A DNA stretch of 43,653 nt from a virus, in IMG/VR virus record IMGVR_UViG_3300001919_000032, positions 1 to 43,653 of that record. The stretch is one strand, 5' to 3'. Numbering within the stretch: position 1 is the stretch's first letter; each line of letters begins with the position of its first letter. The translations under genes and the position numbers were made by a program. Below, one piece after another: positions 9,531-18,826 of this stretch. Under the pieces are notes generated by a model, which saw only the letters and a list, made by a program, of their open reading frames with translations, was not told the origin of the DNA and searched no databases.

Positions 9531-10981
9531 TGGCAGGGCAGGAATATTTACTGCAGACCGTTCTTCAGCTGAGGGACAATTTGTCAGCTCCGCTGAAGGA
9601 TGTCCGCAGACGCATGAACGCGTTTGGAAGGTCGATTCGCGAGCTCAATCAGGCTTCGATGGATCTGGCCGGGGTGATCGCCAAGCCCTTCGCCATCCTT
9701 GCCGGCGCCGGCGGTTTTTCCATTAAAGGCGCGGTTTCTTCGTACCTCGAGCTGGCCGATGCGATTGACAAGGCTTCGATCCGGGCTGGAGTATCGGTTG
9801 AGGCTCTGCAGAAGCTTCGCTACGGGGCTCAGCTCTCTGGCATGACAGCCGATGAGCTCGACGGAGCGCTCACCAAGCTCACGTCCAACATGAGCAAGGC
9901 GGCCGCGGGTCAGAACGCCGACCTTGTGGCCATGTTTAAGCACCTTGGCATTGCGCTTAAGGACAGCAACGGGCATATCCGCAGCGCGGCCGATGTGATG
10001 AATAACCTCGCCCAGGCGGTGAAGAACAACGAATCGACTGCGGCGCGGATGCAGATTCTGACAGCGGCCTTTGGCGACAAGGTGGCAGCGAGGCTGATCC
10101 CGCTTCTCAAGGATGGGGCCGAGGGGCTCCAGGCTTTCGGAAAGCGAGCCGAAGAGCTGGGCCTTGTCATGTCGGCCGCGGACGTCAAGGCGGCCAACGA
10201 GTTCGGCGATCAGCTCTCCGAGCTCCAGTCGGTCACAAAAACGCTCTCTACCGCGATCGGATCCAGGCTCCAGCCGGTTCTTCAGGGCCTGATCGAGCCT
10301 ATGGAGCAGACGATCGTCAAGTGCCGGGACCTGATTGCGACCAATGTCCAGTATTTTGTGGAAGAGCTGACAAAAGAGCTGAAAGACGTCAACTGGCAGT
10401 CAATGATCCAGGGCGCGTTTGATTCGATCCGCGCTTTCACGGACTTCATTCGATCCGTTGGCGGCGTATCGACGATTCTGAAGGCTTTTGGCGTGCTGAT
10501 CGGCATGGACCTTGTGATCAAGGTCGGGGCGTTTGTGAAATCGATCGCCACAGTGATCGGTGCGCTGAGGCTCCTTGGAGTCGCGGCCATGACGAATCCT
10601 GTGGGACTTGTCCTTACGGCGCTGGCCGCCGGCATTGCGCTGGCCATCAAGTTCAAAGACACCTGGATGCCGGTGCTGGACAGCTTCCTCGACAAACTGT
10701 CCGCTGTCGGCGGTTTCCTGAAGAAGCTTTTTGGTGAAACTGAAGAGTTGTCGAGCCGTGGGAACAGGCTCTCCGACAGCTACGGCAGGCTTCCTGCGGG
10801 TTTCAGGGGCGTGGACGAAGGCGTGGTGGCAGGCAACGGCAGAGTGACCGCCCAAAGTGAAGTGCGCCTTCGCATCCAGACGGATAAGGGAACAACGGTT
10901 AGGACAGAGGGCGTTGCGTCGCGCGGTCCGATGTCGCTTACGACCGATTACAGCTATGACGCGATTCCGGGGACTGATTGA
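9527..10981 (+). CDS. Tape measure protein
   Basis: 484 aa, Ala/Leu-rich and helical, with a hydrophobic central segment. It follows the chaperone pair, which is the canonical position. Confidence 0.8.
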   Translation: MMAGQEYLLQTVLQLRDNLSAPLKDVRRRMNAFGRSIRELNQASMDLAGVIAKPFAILAGAGGFSIKGAVSSYLELADAIDKASIRAGVSVEALQKLRYGAQLSGMTADELDGALTKLTSNMSKAAAGQNADLVAMFKHLGIALKDSNGHIRSAADVMNNLAQAVKNNESTAARMQILTAAFGDKVAARLIPLLKDGAEGLQAFGKRAEELGLVMSAADVKAANEFGDQLSELQSVTKTLSTAIGSRLQPVLQGLIEPMEQTIVKCRDLIATNVQYFVEELTKELKDVNWQSMIQGAFDSIRAFTDFIRSVGGVSTILKAFGVLIGMDLVIKVGAFVKSIATVIGALRLLGVAAMTNPVGLVLTALAAGIALAIKFKDTWMPVLDSFLDKLSAVGGFLKKLFGETEELSSRGNRLSDSYGRLPAGFRGVDEGVVAGNGRVTAQSEVRLRIQTDKGTTVRTEGVASRGPMSLTTDYSYDAIPGTD

Positions 10982-12198
10982 TGGCTACTTTTGAAGAAAA
11001 GCTGTGGCCGGCGTCTTTCCGGGGCGTGCCGTTCAACGCAACGGCGAGCACGCTCACGATTGGCCGCCGGACGCATGTGTTTGAATACCCGCAGCGCGAC
11101 AAGCCCTTTGTCGAAGACTTGGGCAAAAGCGCTCGCGAAATCACTCTGACAGCGGTTTTCGCGGGCCCCGAGTACATCACTGGCATGAACCGCCTGCTTG
11201 AGGCGATGGAGCAGGAGGGCTCCGGCGTCCTCGTCCACCCAATGCTTGGCAGCATGACGGTGACGCCCAAAGCAACGACCAAGGTCACTTATTCGACGAC
11301 CAAGCTCGGGTTTTCGTCCGCCGATCTCGTTTTCGTCGAATCCGGGGACTATGTTTTCCCGACTTCCTCGAATGATACGGCGGCGGTAAGCGCCTCGGCC
11401 TCTGAAACCCTGAAGCAGAGCGCACTGGACGCATTTCTCGACAAGTTTGATCTTTCCGGCGCCCAGGACTTCGTGAAGGCGGCGGTTACGGGAAATCTTT
11501 CGAAGTTCTTCGAGCTCAGCGACTACAAGGAGCTCTGCCGGCTGTTTTCCGTGTCCGACGAGATGTCTGAGCTGTCGGCCAAGGCAATTTCCCTTGTGAG
11601 CAGAGATGTCGAGGTGTTTGCGAAGACCGTCGCCGACTCCTTCGGGTATTCGAGGCTGGCTTACAGCGTCAACAACTGGAGGCGTGTGACGAGGCTTTTG
11701 AGCCGCCTGGTGAGATCGGACGGCATGAACAACGATTACCAGACGGGGCAGGTTTCCGATGAAGAAGCGAGAACGACGGCTCAGTCTTCAACCCTCCAGT
11801 CTCTTGCTCGTCAGACGCTGCTTGCTGAGGCCGTTTCGGCGTCGGCTAAGGTTGGCGGTGATGAAGATACGGCAGAAGGCGGCATAGCCTACGAGGACAT
11901 GATCGCGGTGCGCGACCAGGTTCTTGCGGCGCTCGACGCTGAGATGCTGGAGACCGAGAGCGACGATGTTTATCTGGCGCTGGAAGACGCCCGATCGGCG
12001 GTGTCTGATGACATGACGACTCGGGCTCAGGACTCGGCTCGTTTAATATCTGTTACACCTCCGGACGTACAGCCGGCCCTGGTGGTTGCCTATAATTTTT
12101 ATGAGGATGCCGATCGGGAGAAAGAGATCATCGACCGCAACGGCATTCGGCACGGCGGGTTCGTCCCCGCCAGGGAGTTGAAGCTTCTGAGCCGGTGA
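10978..12198 (+). CDS. DNA circulation protein-like (Mu gp43/gpN-like) baseplate/tail protein
   Basis: The N-terminus WPASFRGVPF...HVFEYPQRDKPFVEDLGKSAREITLTAVF matches the DNA circularisation N-terminal domain. Confidence 0.75.
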   Translation: MMATFEEKLWPASFRGVPFNATASTLTIGRRTHVFEYPQRDKPFVEDLGKSAREITLTAVFAGPEYITGMNRLLEAMEQEGSGVLVHPMLGSMTVTPKATTKVTYSTTKLGFSSADLVFVESGDYVFPTSSNDTAAVSASASETLKQSALDAFLDKFDLSGAQDFVKAAVTGNLSKFFELSDYKELCRLFSVSDEMSELSAKAISLVSRDVEVFAKTVADSFGYSRLAYSVNNWRRVTRLLSRLVRSDGMNNDYQTGQVSDEEARTTAQSSTLQSLARQTLLAEAVSASAKVGGDEDTAEGGIAYEDMIAVRDQVLAALDAEMLETESDDVYLALEDARSAVSDDMTTRAQDSARLISVTPPDVQPALVVAYNFYEDADREKEIIDRNGIRHGGFVPARELKLLSR

Positions 12199-12203
12199 CC
12201 GCC

Positions 12204-12572
12204 ATGAAAAAGATCCTTGCTGTTGTTGCTGCTGTGCTTGGGGTTTGCTTAAGCGTCAACGCATTTGCGTATCATCGTGTTGCAAAAGAATGGGTTGATG
12301 CAGAAGGAGTAAAGCATCAGGAACTTATCTTGGTTCCAGATCCTCCAGGAACAAAGTATGCCCCTTATAAATTGACGCGCGAGCAGGAGCTTAAAGCGGA
12401 TTATGAGCGGAAATTAAAAGAAATACAGGAAGAGCAACGCTGGCGCGATGAACACAATAAGTTCGTAGAAAACGGAACAATAGGAAAATACACCAATTAC
12501 TATAACCCTGTAACGAAGCAGAGTATTTTGGTAGATCCCAAAACCGGTACTATCAAAATAGATAAGCCTTAA
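12204..12572 (+). CDS. Secreted/periplasmic moron protein with signal peptide
   Basis: MKKILAVVAAVLGVCLSVNAFA looks like a signal peptide. The gene is AT-richer than its neighbours and has its own terminator downstream. Confidence 0.6.
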   Translation: MKKILAVVAAVLGVCLSVNAFAYHRVAKEWVDAEGVKHQELILVPDPPGTKYAPYKLTREQELKADYERKLKEIQEEQRWRDEHNKFVENGTIGKYTNYYNPVTKQSILVDPKTGTIKIDKP

Positions 12573-12590
12573 TGGGATTGGTTTAAATAG

Positions 12591-12623
12591 GAGCACCTCA
12601 AGAAATTGGGGTGCTTTTTTTTT
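12591..12623 (+). terminator. Intrinsic terminator after the moron gene
   Basis: Stem AGCACC / GGTGCT followed by a T9 run that abuts the ATG at 12624. Confidence 0.65.
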
Positions 12624-13745
12624 ATGGCACCAGAAAACGAAGTCACACTATATATAAACGGTCGTAAATATATTGGCTGGCGGTCTGTTCAAATTGATGT
12701 CAGTGTGAATTCTTTAGTTCGCGTATGCGAACTTGGTGCGGCACGAACTTCCAATAGAACGAGTCTTTGCGATGGCATAGAAGAAGGCGCTGATGCTGTT
12801 GTTAAAATAGGTTCTGATACTGTTTTGACAGGATATGTCGTTAGCAAAAAAGTTAGCTATTCTGAAAACAGCACACAGATCCAAATAACGATTAAAAGTA
12901 AAACCGTTGATTTGGAAGAATGCATGATTCCGCCAAAAAAACCAAATCAATGGAAAAATGCGCGGATTTCTTCAGTAATAAAAACGGTGGCTGGGTATTA
13001 CGGAATAGAAACAATTGATAATGGCTTAGCTAAAAACGCTCGGAATATTGATTTTTCTACCCACGAAACTATAGGCAAGGGGATCGTAAACCTGCTTAAA
13101 GCTGACAGCCTTCTTATAAATGATGATGAATTTGGTGATTTAGTTATATGCGATATTGGTCAAAATGGTGACGCTCATGACCAACTTATATATGGTAAAA
13201 ATATTTTGAGTGGGTCAAGGGACCACGATATATCAAAGGTTTTCAAAACATATGTTGTTATTGGGCAAGGCACAGATCCGGAAAGTAAAAGCAAAAATCC
13301 GGCAAATTCTTTGTCTGAGCCTTCGGAAAATGCAGAGTTTCCTAGAAATAGGGTCTTGGTTACTGAACAATCAGGAAATAGAACAAGAAAAGAGCTTAAA
13401 ACTAGAGCAGATAATTTAAAGTTCAATTCTGTAGGAAATGCGGATGTTTTAACCTATCAAGTGCAGGGTTGGCGGCAAAGCAACGGGGATTTGTGGAAAC
13501 AAAACATGAATGTCGTAGTAAAAGACCCAATGCTTGACATTAGCCAAACGCTCTTGGTTTCAAAAATTAGCTATAAGCTTGATCAAGACGGATCTACGAC
13601 AACGATGGTGCTGAAATCCCATTGGGCGTTTGCGGTGACGGATCTACCAGATGCCGAAAAAGGCAAAACGACCAAAAAAACTAAAACGAAGCAGGCCAAG
13701 AAAGGAACGACATTCCTTGCCAAAGCGGGGTCCGGCAAACTATGA
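12624..13745 (+). CDS. Baseplate hub protein (Mu gp44/gpP-like, late-control-D-like)
   Basis: The N-terminus EVTLYINGRKYIGWRSVQIDVSVNSL is typical of this family. It sits between the gp43-like and gp45-like genes and is AT-rich. Confidence 0.65.
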   Translation: MAPENEVTLYINGRKYIGWRSVQIDVSVNSLVRVCELGAARTSNRTSLCDGIEEGADAVVKIGSDTVLTGYVVSKKVSYSENSTQIQITIKSKTVDLEECMIPPKKPNQWKNARISSVIKTVAGYYGIETIDNGLAKNARNIDFSTHETIGKGIVNLLKADSLLINDDEFGDLVICDIGQNGDAHDQLIYGKNILSGSRDHDISKVFKTYVVIGQGTDPESKSKNPANSLSEPSENAEFPRNRVLVTEQSGNRTRKELKTRADNLKFNSVGNADVLTYQVQGWRQSNGDLWKQNMNVVVKDPMLDISQTLLVSKISYKLDQDGSTTTMVLKSHWAFAVTDLPDAEKGKTTKKTKTKQAKKGTTFLAKAGSGKL

Positions 13746-14275
13746 GCAACGGTCTGATTGATCTGGTCACGAGAGGAGTGCTGCTGGCCAAGAACGCTGC
13801 CCGGAAGATGCGGACGGTGCAGGTGCAGCTCTTCGCCGATGACCTGAGGGACGATGTCGAGCATTTTGAGCCGTATGGATTCACCTCTGAGGCCAAGACA
13901 GGCGCCGAGGTGCTTGCCGCATCCCTTGCCGGAGACAGAGAGCACACGATCGCATTCTGCATCACCGACCGACGCTACCGCCCCACGGGGCTCAAGGACG
14001 GCGAAGTTTGCGTTTTCGATGATCTGGGGCGAAAGGTCTATTTCTCCCGATCCGGGATCGTTGTCGAGGGCAAGGATTCGCCGGTGACAGTAAAGAGCTC
14101 TGGATCTGTGACGATTGACGCGCCCGAGACCACCATCACGGGCAAGCTGATTGTTACCGGGGACATTCAGGGCAAGGCTCAGGTCTACGACAGCAATGGC
14201 CGCCTGCAGGCCATCCGCGACACATACAACAGCCACACCCACAACGGCGGCTCGGCTCCCGATCAGAAGATGTGA
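13742..14275 (+). CDS. Baseplate assembly protein V / central spike (Mu gp45-like)
   Basis: 177 aa. ...VQVQLFADDLRDDVEHFEPYGFTS... and the C-terminal ...DTYNSHTHNGG are typical of gpV/gp45 spikes. Confidence 0.8.
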   Translation: MSNGLIDLVTRGVLLAKNAARKMRTVQVQLFADDLRDDVEHFEPYGFTSEAKTGAEVLAASLAGDREHTIAFCITDRRYRPTGLKDGEVCVFDDLGRKVYFSRSGIVVEGKDSPVTVKSSGSVTIDAPETTITGKLIVTGDIQGKAQVYDSNGRLQAIRDTYNSHTHNGGSAPDQKM

Positions 14276-14282
14276 GGCGAAT

Positions 14283-14675
14283 ATGAAGCGTAGCTGGAAG
14301 ACGATGAAGCTTCTGATGGAGAGGTTCGAAGATGAATCGCTCCCGGAATATTTGAACGAGGTGAACGACGCTCCGGAATATGAAATTGACCCTCAGGATC
14401 GGGAAGAGGCGATCCGCAGGCGCGATCTGGTCTTCGGACATCTGCTGCTTCTGCAAGATTCGAACCTTGTGGCGGGGGTGGTGACGGTCAAAAGACTGCA
14501 TGGAGGCAAGTGGGGGTTCAATCTAAACGCTCCCCGCCTGACGATGTCCGGGCATGACACGCTGGGAGCCTTAAGAAGCGATCCCGTTTGGCGGCTGGTA
14601 TCGAAAAAAGCGGCGGAGGCCTCGGTGCCGATCACACTGGAGCTGATCAAAGCGGGGCTGAAGGCGCTGATCTGA
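14283..14675 (+). CDS. Hypothetical protein inserted between baseplate genes
   Basis: 130 aa from the internal ATG at 14283. It has no structural-protein signature and is followed by a terminator. Confidence 0.5.
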   Translation: MKRSWKTMKLLMERFEDESLPEYLNEVNDAPEYEIDPQDREEAIRRRDLVFGHLLLLQDSNLVAGVVTVKRLHGGKWGFNLNAPRLTMSGHDTLGALRSDPVWRLVSKKAAEASVPITLELIKAGLKALI

Positions 14676-14699
14676 AAACCCGCAGCGCACAAAACTAAA

Positions 14700-14733
14700 C
14701 CCAGTCAGACGGGCATCTGGCTGGGCTTTTTTT
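14700..14733 (+). terminator. Intrinsic terminator-like hairpin (copy 1 of a duplicated element)
   Basis: CCCAGTCAGA cgggca TCTGGCTGGG followed by T7. The loop and stem are similar to the hairpin at 17748..17784. Confidence 0.65.
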
Positions 14734-14898
14734 ATGACCTCAATCGTACTGAGGACACTGGAAATTATAGCAATGGTGATCATGAAACTTCTTGCCCCGG
14801 ACCAAAAGCTTCGGCTGTGGGGAAGGGTTCTTCCGTGGGCCGTTATCGCCTGCCTGGTGATGGTCGCCGCGTCCTTTTCGTGGAGCTTGGTCAAATGA
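14734..14898 (+). CDS. Small membrane protein (paralogue of 17805..17978)
   Basis: 54 codons, below the cutoff of the supplied ORF track. Sequence ...MKLLAPDQKLRLWGRVLPWAVIACLVMVAASFSW... has one TM segment. The stop overlaps the next start (ATGA). The true start may be the internal ATG at 14782. Confidence 0.45.
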   Translation: MTSIVLRTLEIIAMVIMKLLAPDQKLRLWGRVLPWAVIACLVMVAASFSWSLVK

Positions 14899-15311
14899 TT
14901 CTGATGCTCAACGGCGTTGAGTCGACTTTGTCCGATTTTTGTGACGATGAGTTAAGACGGGCTGTGTACAACAGCCTTTTTTCATGGGCGCGGGCTTCGG
15001 ATTCAGACGAGCTCCCAGGGGACTCGAAGCAGGGATGGTGGGGGGACACCTACGCTGATGACCCCGGCGACAAGTTTGGGTCGAAGCTTTGGCTGCTGTC
15101 CCGCTCGAAGGTGACTCAGGAGACGCTGCTTAAAGCGCAGGAATACGCCGCGGCCGCCCTGCAGTGGATGATCGATGACGGCATCGCCAAAAGTGTTGAC
15201 GTGAGCGCAGAGCGCGGCGGCGCCGACCAGCTGAATCTTACGGTCACGATTCGGAAGCCCGGCGATTCAGATCTGATCGGCATGAGATTCCAGGACATTT
15301 GGAGCGAATGA
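14895..15311 (+). CDS. Baseplate protein (Mu gp46-like)
   Basis: ELRRAVYNSLFSWARA...GWWGD...GSKLWLLSRSK...AEEYAAAALQWM pattern is characteristic of the phage GP46 family. Confidence 0.8.
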   Translation: MILMLNGVESTLSDFCDDELRRAVYNSLFSWARASDSDELPGDSKQGWWGDTYADDPGDKFGSKLWLLSRSKVTQETLLKAQEYAAAALQWMIDDGIAKSVDVSAERGGADQLNLTVTIRKPGDSDLIGMRFQDIWSE

Positions 15312-16348
15312 TGGCATTTGTAAGACCAACGCTGCGGGAGCTGATTTCCCGCATCAGCTCGGGGATTCAATCGCGCCTGAGCGTTCCGCAGGTGCGCAGA
15401 AGCAACGCGACGGTTTATAGCCGGGTGCTGGCGGGGGCGAGTCATGAACTCCACGGCTTCATCGAATATGCGGCGAAGCAAATTCTTGTGGACACGGCAG
15501 ACTCCGAGCATCTCGACCGCCACGCCTCGATTTTCGGAATCACAAGAAAGGCGGCTTCAAAAGCTTCCGGAACTGTGAAATTCAGCTTTCAGGACGGCGT
15601 TGTGAACGTGCCTGTAGGAACCATTCTGCAGGGCGGAGATGAGCAGCAGTTTCAGGTGACTGTCGCTCCGGATTCGAGCGGCGTTGCGTCTGTTGAAGCT
15701 CTGGTGGCCGGCGAGGCGGGAAACATCGAATCGGGCGACGCGCTCACGCTGATCTCTCCGATTGAAGGCGTGATTTCCGAGGCCGAGTCTCAGGGTATAG
15801 CGGGCGGAGCCGATGCAGAGGACGATGAAAGCCTTCGGGCCCGCGTGCTTGCAAGGCAGAGAGAAACGCCGCATGGCGGAACGTCGGCTGACTATGTCCA
15901 GTGGGCGCTGGCCGTCCCGGGGGTGACTCGAGCCTGGTGCTATCCGCTCGAAAACGGGGATGGGACGGTTGTCGTGAGGTTTGTCTGCGACGATCTGGCT
16001 GACATTTCACCGACCACCGAAATGGTGAAGCAGGTCCAGGCCTATATCGACGAGAAGCGCCCTGTGACTGCCGATGTGACGGTTATGGGTCCGACGCTTA
16101 AGGCGGTCAATATCGAGATCAGCACTCTCACACCGGACACGTCCGATGTCAGGGCTGCGGTCGAGGCTGAGCTCAAGGACCTCTTCATGAAGGAAAGCGA
16201 GCCCTCGAGAAGCATCTATCTGTCGCACATAAGAGCGGCCATCTCCGCAGCCGCGGGCGAAGTCGACCACACTCTTGTTTCCCCGACTTCCAATCCGACG
16301 GCGGGGACTAATGAGCTGCTCACCCTGGGGACGATCACATGGAACTGA
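15308..16348 (+). CDS. Baseplate J-like protein (Mu gp47-like)
   Basis: About 346 aa, with position and sequence typical of the Baseplate_J family. Confidence 0.8.
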   Translation: MMAFVRPTLRELISRISSGIQSRLSVPQVRRSNATVYSRVLAGASHELHGFIEYAAKQILVDTADSEHLDRHASIFGITRKAASKASGTVKFSFQDGVVNVPVGTILQGGDEQQFQVTVAPDSSGVASVEALVAGEAGNIESGDALTLISPIEGVISEAESQGIAGGADAEDDESLRARVLARQRETPHGGTSADYVQWALAVPGVTRAWCYPLENGDGTVVVRFVCDDLADISPTTEMVKQVQAYIDEKRPVTADVTVMGPTLKAVNIEISTLTPDTSDVRAAVEAELKDLFMKESEPSRSIYLSHIRAAISAAAGEVDHTLVSPTSNPTAGTNELLTLGTITWN

Positions 16349-16962
16349 CGACGCAGGAAGAGTACTCCCGGATGCTGAAGCAGTTGCTTCCTCCTGGTCC
16401 AGCCTGGCCGAGGGGCGACGCCACATCCCTCATGGGCATGATGATCGAGGTTTGGGCCGAGGAGTTCAGCAGCGTTGATTCCCGAGTGCGGACGCTGATG
16501 CGAGAAGCCGACCCTCGCTTCGCGGTGGAGACGTTTGAGAACTGGCTGGACGACTGGGGATTGCCTGACGACTGCATTCGAGCCTGGTCCAGTGCCAATC
16601 AGACGACGCTGCGCACACTGCTCATGTACAAGATCAAGAACATCGGCAGGCAGGATCGGTCCTACTTTGTCGAGCTTGCAGAGATGTTCGGATACCGAAT
16701 CGTCATCGATGAGTTCCGCCAGCACTCCGTGCAGTCAACCTCAATGGACGCTGTCTGCGGGGAGAACTGGCGGCACATCTGGCGGGTCGACGTAATGACA
16801 GGGGCCGGGTCGGTTATGGGGTACCACAACACGCTGGGGCCGGTGAACGAGGCGCTCGCCTGGTGGGGCGACCGACTTATTGAGTGCCTGATCAAGCGGT
16901 ACAAGCCAGCTCATACCGACTTGTATTTCGGCTACTACAGCTTTGAAGGAGACAACGCGTAA
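16339..16962 (+). CDS. Mu gp48-like tail protein (DUF2313-like)
   Basis: The N-terminus ...EEYSRMLKQLLPPGPAWPRGD... is the hallmark of this family. Confidence 0.8.
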   Translation: MELTTQEEYSRMLKQLLPPGPAWPRGDATSLMGMMIEVWAEEFSSVDSRVRTLMREADPRFAVETFENWLDDWGLPDDCIRAWSSANQTTLRTLLMYKIKNIGRQDRSYFVELAEMFGYRIVIDEFRQHSVQSTSMDAVCGENWRHIWRVDVMTGAGSVMGYHNTLGPVNEALAWWGDRLIECLIKRYKPAHTDLYFGYYSFEGDNA

Positions 16963-17729
16963 TGGACAGAATCTTTCTTTCTGGCGCCGTGCAGAACGAG
17001 CCCAACATTCCCGATGACGTCGACCCGGGGTACCCGACTGATGGGTCGTCCGGTGGTGGGGTAGCGTCAACCATCCCTGGGGCGATCTGGTACAACGCGG
17101 TCATGATGGAGCTAATAAATGCCATCAAGGGCGGCGGCATCACGCCGGACCGGCACGACAATGCCCAGCTTGACGCAGCTATCAAAGCCCAAATCAAGTC
17201 TGTGAATCAGGCTCTGACAGACGCTGTTGCCCAGATCCAGGCAAAAGTTGCTCAAGTTGAAGTGGTCCCGCCCGGAGCAATCATGTTCTTCCCGACTTCT
17301 TCTTCTCCGAACGCAAACTGGCTTGTATGCAACGGCCAGGCGGTGAGCCGTTCGGCCTACGCGAACCTGTTCTCTGTGATCGGGACCAAATATGGCTCGG
17401 GTAACGGGAGCACGACATTCAATCTGCCATATCTGATCGACAAGACGGTGTGGGGCGGGCAGAGCAATGTAGGCGAGCAGAGAAGCGCGGGGCTTCCGAA
17501 CATAACTGGCGGCATCAAGGTCGCGGTTGACTCCGGCGGCGAACGCAATGCATGGGGCGCGGCTTATTACGGCGGAGCATACGACCCGAATTTCAGGCAT
17601 ATGAACGAGGGATATCACGAGTGGGGCAATGAAATCGTGTTCGATGCCTCTCGCTCCAACGGAATTTATGGACGGTCAGGAACAGTGCAGCCTCCGGCTC
17701 TCGTTTTGCTCCCCTGCATTCATATTTAG
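16962..17729 (+). CDS. Tail fibre protein with tail-collar domain
   Basis: PPGAIMFFP...NWLVCNGQAVSRSAYANLFSVIGTKYGSGNGSTTFNLPYL matches the phage tail collar domain. Confidence 0.8.
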   Translation: MDRIFLSGAVQNEPNIPDDVDPGYPTDGSSGGGVASTIPGAIWYNAVMMELINAIKGGGITPDRHDNAQLDAAIKAQIKSVNQALTDAVAQIQAKVAQVEVVPPGAIMFFPTSSSPNANWLVCNGQAVSRSAYANLFSVIGTKYGSGNGSTTFNLPYLIDKTVWGGQSNVGEQRSAGLPNITGGIKVAVDSGGERNAWGAAYYGGAYDPNFRHMNEGYHEWGNEIVFDASRSNGIYGRSGTVQPPALVLLPCIHI

Positions 17730-17747
17730 GCTTTTATTAGAAAGACA

Positions 17748-17784
17748 AGCCCCGCCCAGACGGCCATCTGAGCGGGGCTTTTTA
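17748..17784 (+). terminator. Intrinsic terminator-like hairpin (copy 2)
   Basis: AGCCCCGC ccagacggccatctga GCGGGGCT followed by T5. Confidence 0.7.
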
Positions 17785-17804
17785 TATGGAAATCGAGACT
17801 TTCC

Positions 17805-17978
17805 ATGAATGAAATTATACCCGTGCTGGCGGCACTTCTGCCGCTGAGAGAGGCCATGATGAAGCCAGACAAGGAACTTCCTGCTTATCTGCGAGTGCTG
17901 CGGTGGGGAGTGACGATATTTGTTCTCGCTTACGGGATCCTGCTTATTGCCGAGAAGATGAAAAGCATTTTCTTTTAG
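17805..17978 (+). CDS. Small membrane protein (paralogue of 14734..14898)
   Basis: 57 codons: ...MMKPDKELPAYLRVLRWGVTIFVLAYGILLIAEKM... A GAGAGAGG SD precedes the internal ATG ATG at 17856. The ORF ends 8 nt before the next fibre gene. Confidence 0.45.
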   Translation: MNEIIPVLAALLPLREAMMKPDKELPAYLRVLRWGVTIFVLAYGILLIAEKMKSIFF

Positions 17979-17986
17979 AGGTAAAG

Positions 17987-18826
17987 ATGAAGAGACTTTA
18001 TTACTCAGACGCGTCTGACACGCCGCCTTCTCCGCCTAAGAATCCGATCACAAATCAGTATCCGCAGGATGGAAACAGAGCGAAAAAGCAGATGCCGACA
18101 GTGATCGGGGCCTACTGGTACCACATGATCACCGAGGAGTTCATGGCGGTGATCGAACAGGCCGGGCTGGAGCCGTCGCTTACAAATCTGCATCAGCTGG
18201 CTGATGTCTTTGCCGACTTCAAAACGCGGGCTGCAGGGGCCGAGGCTTACAAAACAGCGGCTGAAGCGGCCGCGACCCGGGCTGAAACGGCTGCCAACGG
18301 CGTTGTCACTGAAACAGCATCAAAGATTCAAGAAATCGATGCTGAAGGTGATAAGCAGGTCAAAGCCGTCCAGGACGCCGGGTCGACTGTTTCGTCTGAC
18401 ATCGAAGCGGGGAAAACAGCCCTGCAGAGCAAGCTCACAGAGCTTATTGCACAGCTGGATGCAGAGGGAGGAACCGAGGCCGCGTACGTGAAGCAGCAGG
18501 CGCAGGACATCCTCGATCAGATCACAGCCTCTGAATCTAATGCCAAAACATACGCTGAAAATGCTGCGGCCAGCGCGTCCTCTGCTGTGACCACGGTTTC
18601 GGATGGAAAACAGGCGATAACAGATCTTCAGGCGGCTGCAACAGCGGCAGTACGGGCGCAGCAGACCACTTCTGTTAAAGCTGTGAGCGACGCTCAGAGC
18701 TCTGCGCAAACTGCTGTTGCATCCGCTCAGTCAACGGCTGTTTCTGCAGTCAAATCTCAGGAAACCGCGAGCATCCAGGCGATTGAGACAGAGATGGAGA
18801 CTATCGACCTCGGAGAGCTGTCATGA
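17987..18826 (+). CDS. Tail fibre shaft-like protein (Ala-rich coiled coil)
   Basis: The internal ATG at 17987 has an SD (agagg). The N-terminus ...PTVIGAYWYHMITEEFMAVIE... resembles fibre attachment domains. The rest is an Ala/Thr/Gln-rich repeat. The stop overlaps the next start. Confidence 0.6.
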   Translation: MKRLYYSDASDTPPSPPKNPITNQYPQDGNRAKKQMPTVIGAYWYHMITEEFMAVIEQAGLEPSLTNLHQLADVFADFKTRAAGAEAYKTAAEAAATRAETAANGVVTETASKIQEIDAEGDKQVKAVQDAGSTVSSDIEAGKTALQSKLTELIAQLDAEGGTEAAYVKQQAQDILDQITASESNAKTYAENAAASASSAVTTVSDGKQAITDLQAAATAAVRAQQTTSVKAVSDAQSSAQTAVASAQSTAVSAVKSQETASIQAIETEMETIDLGELS

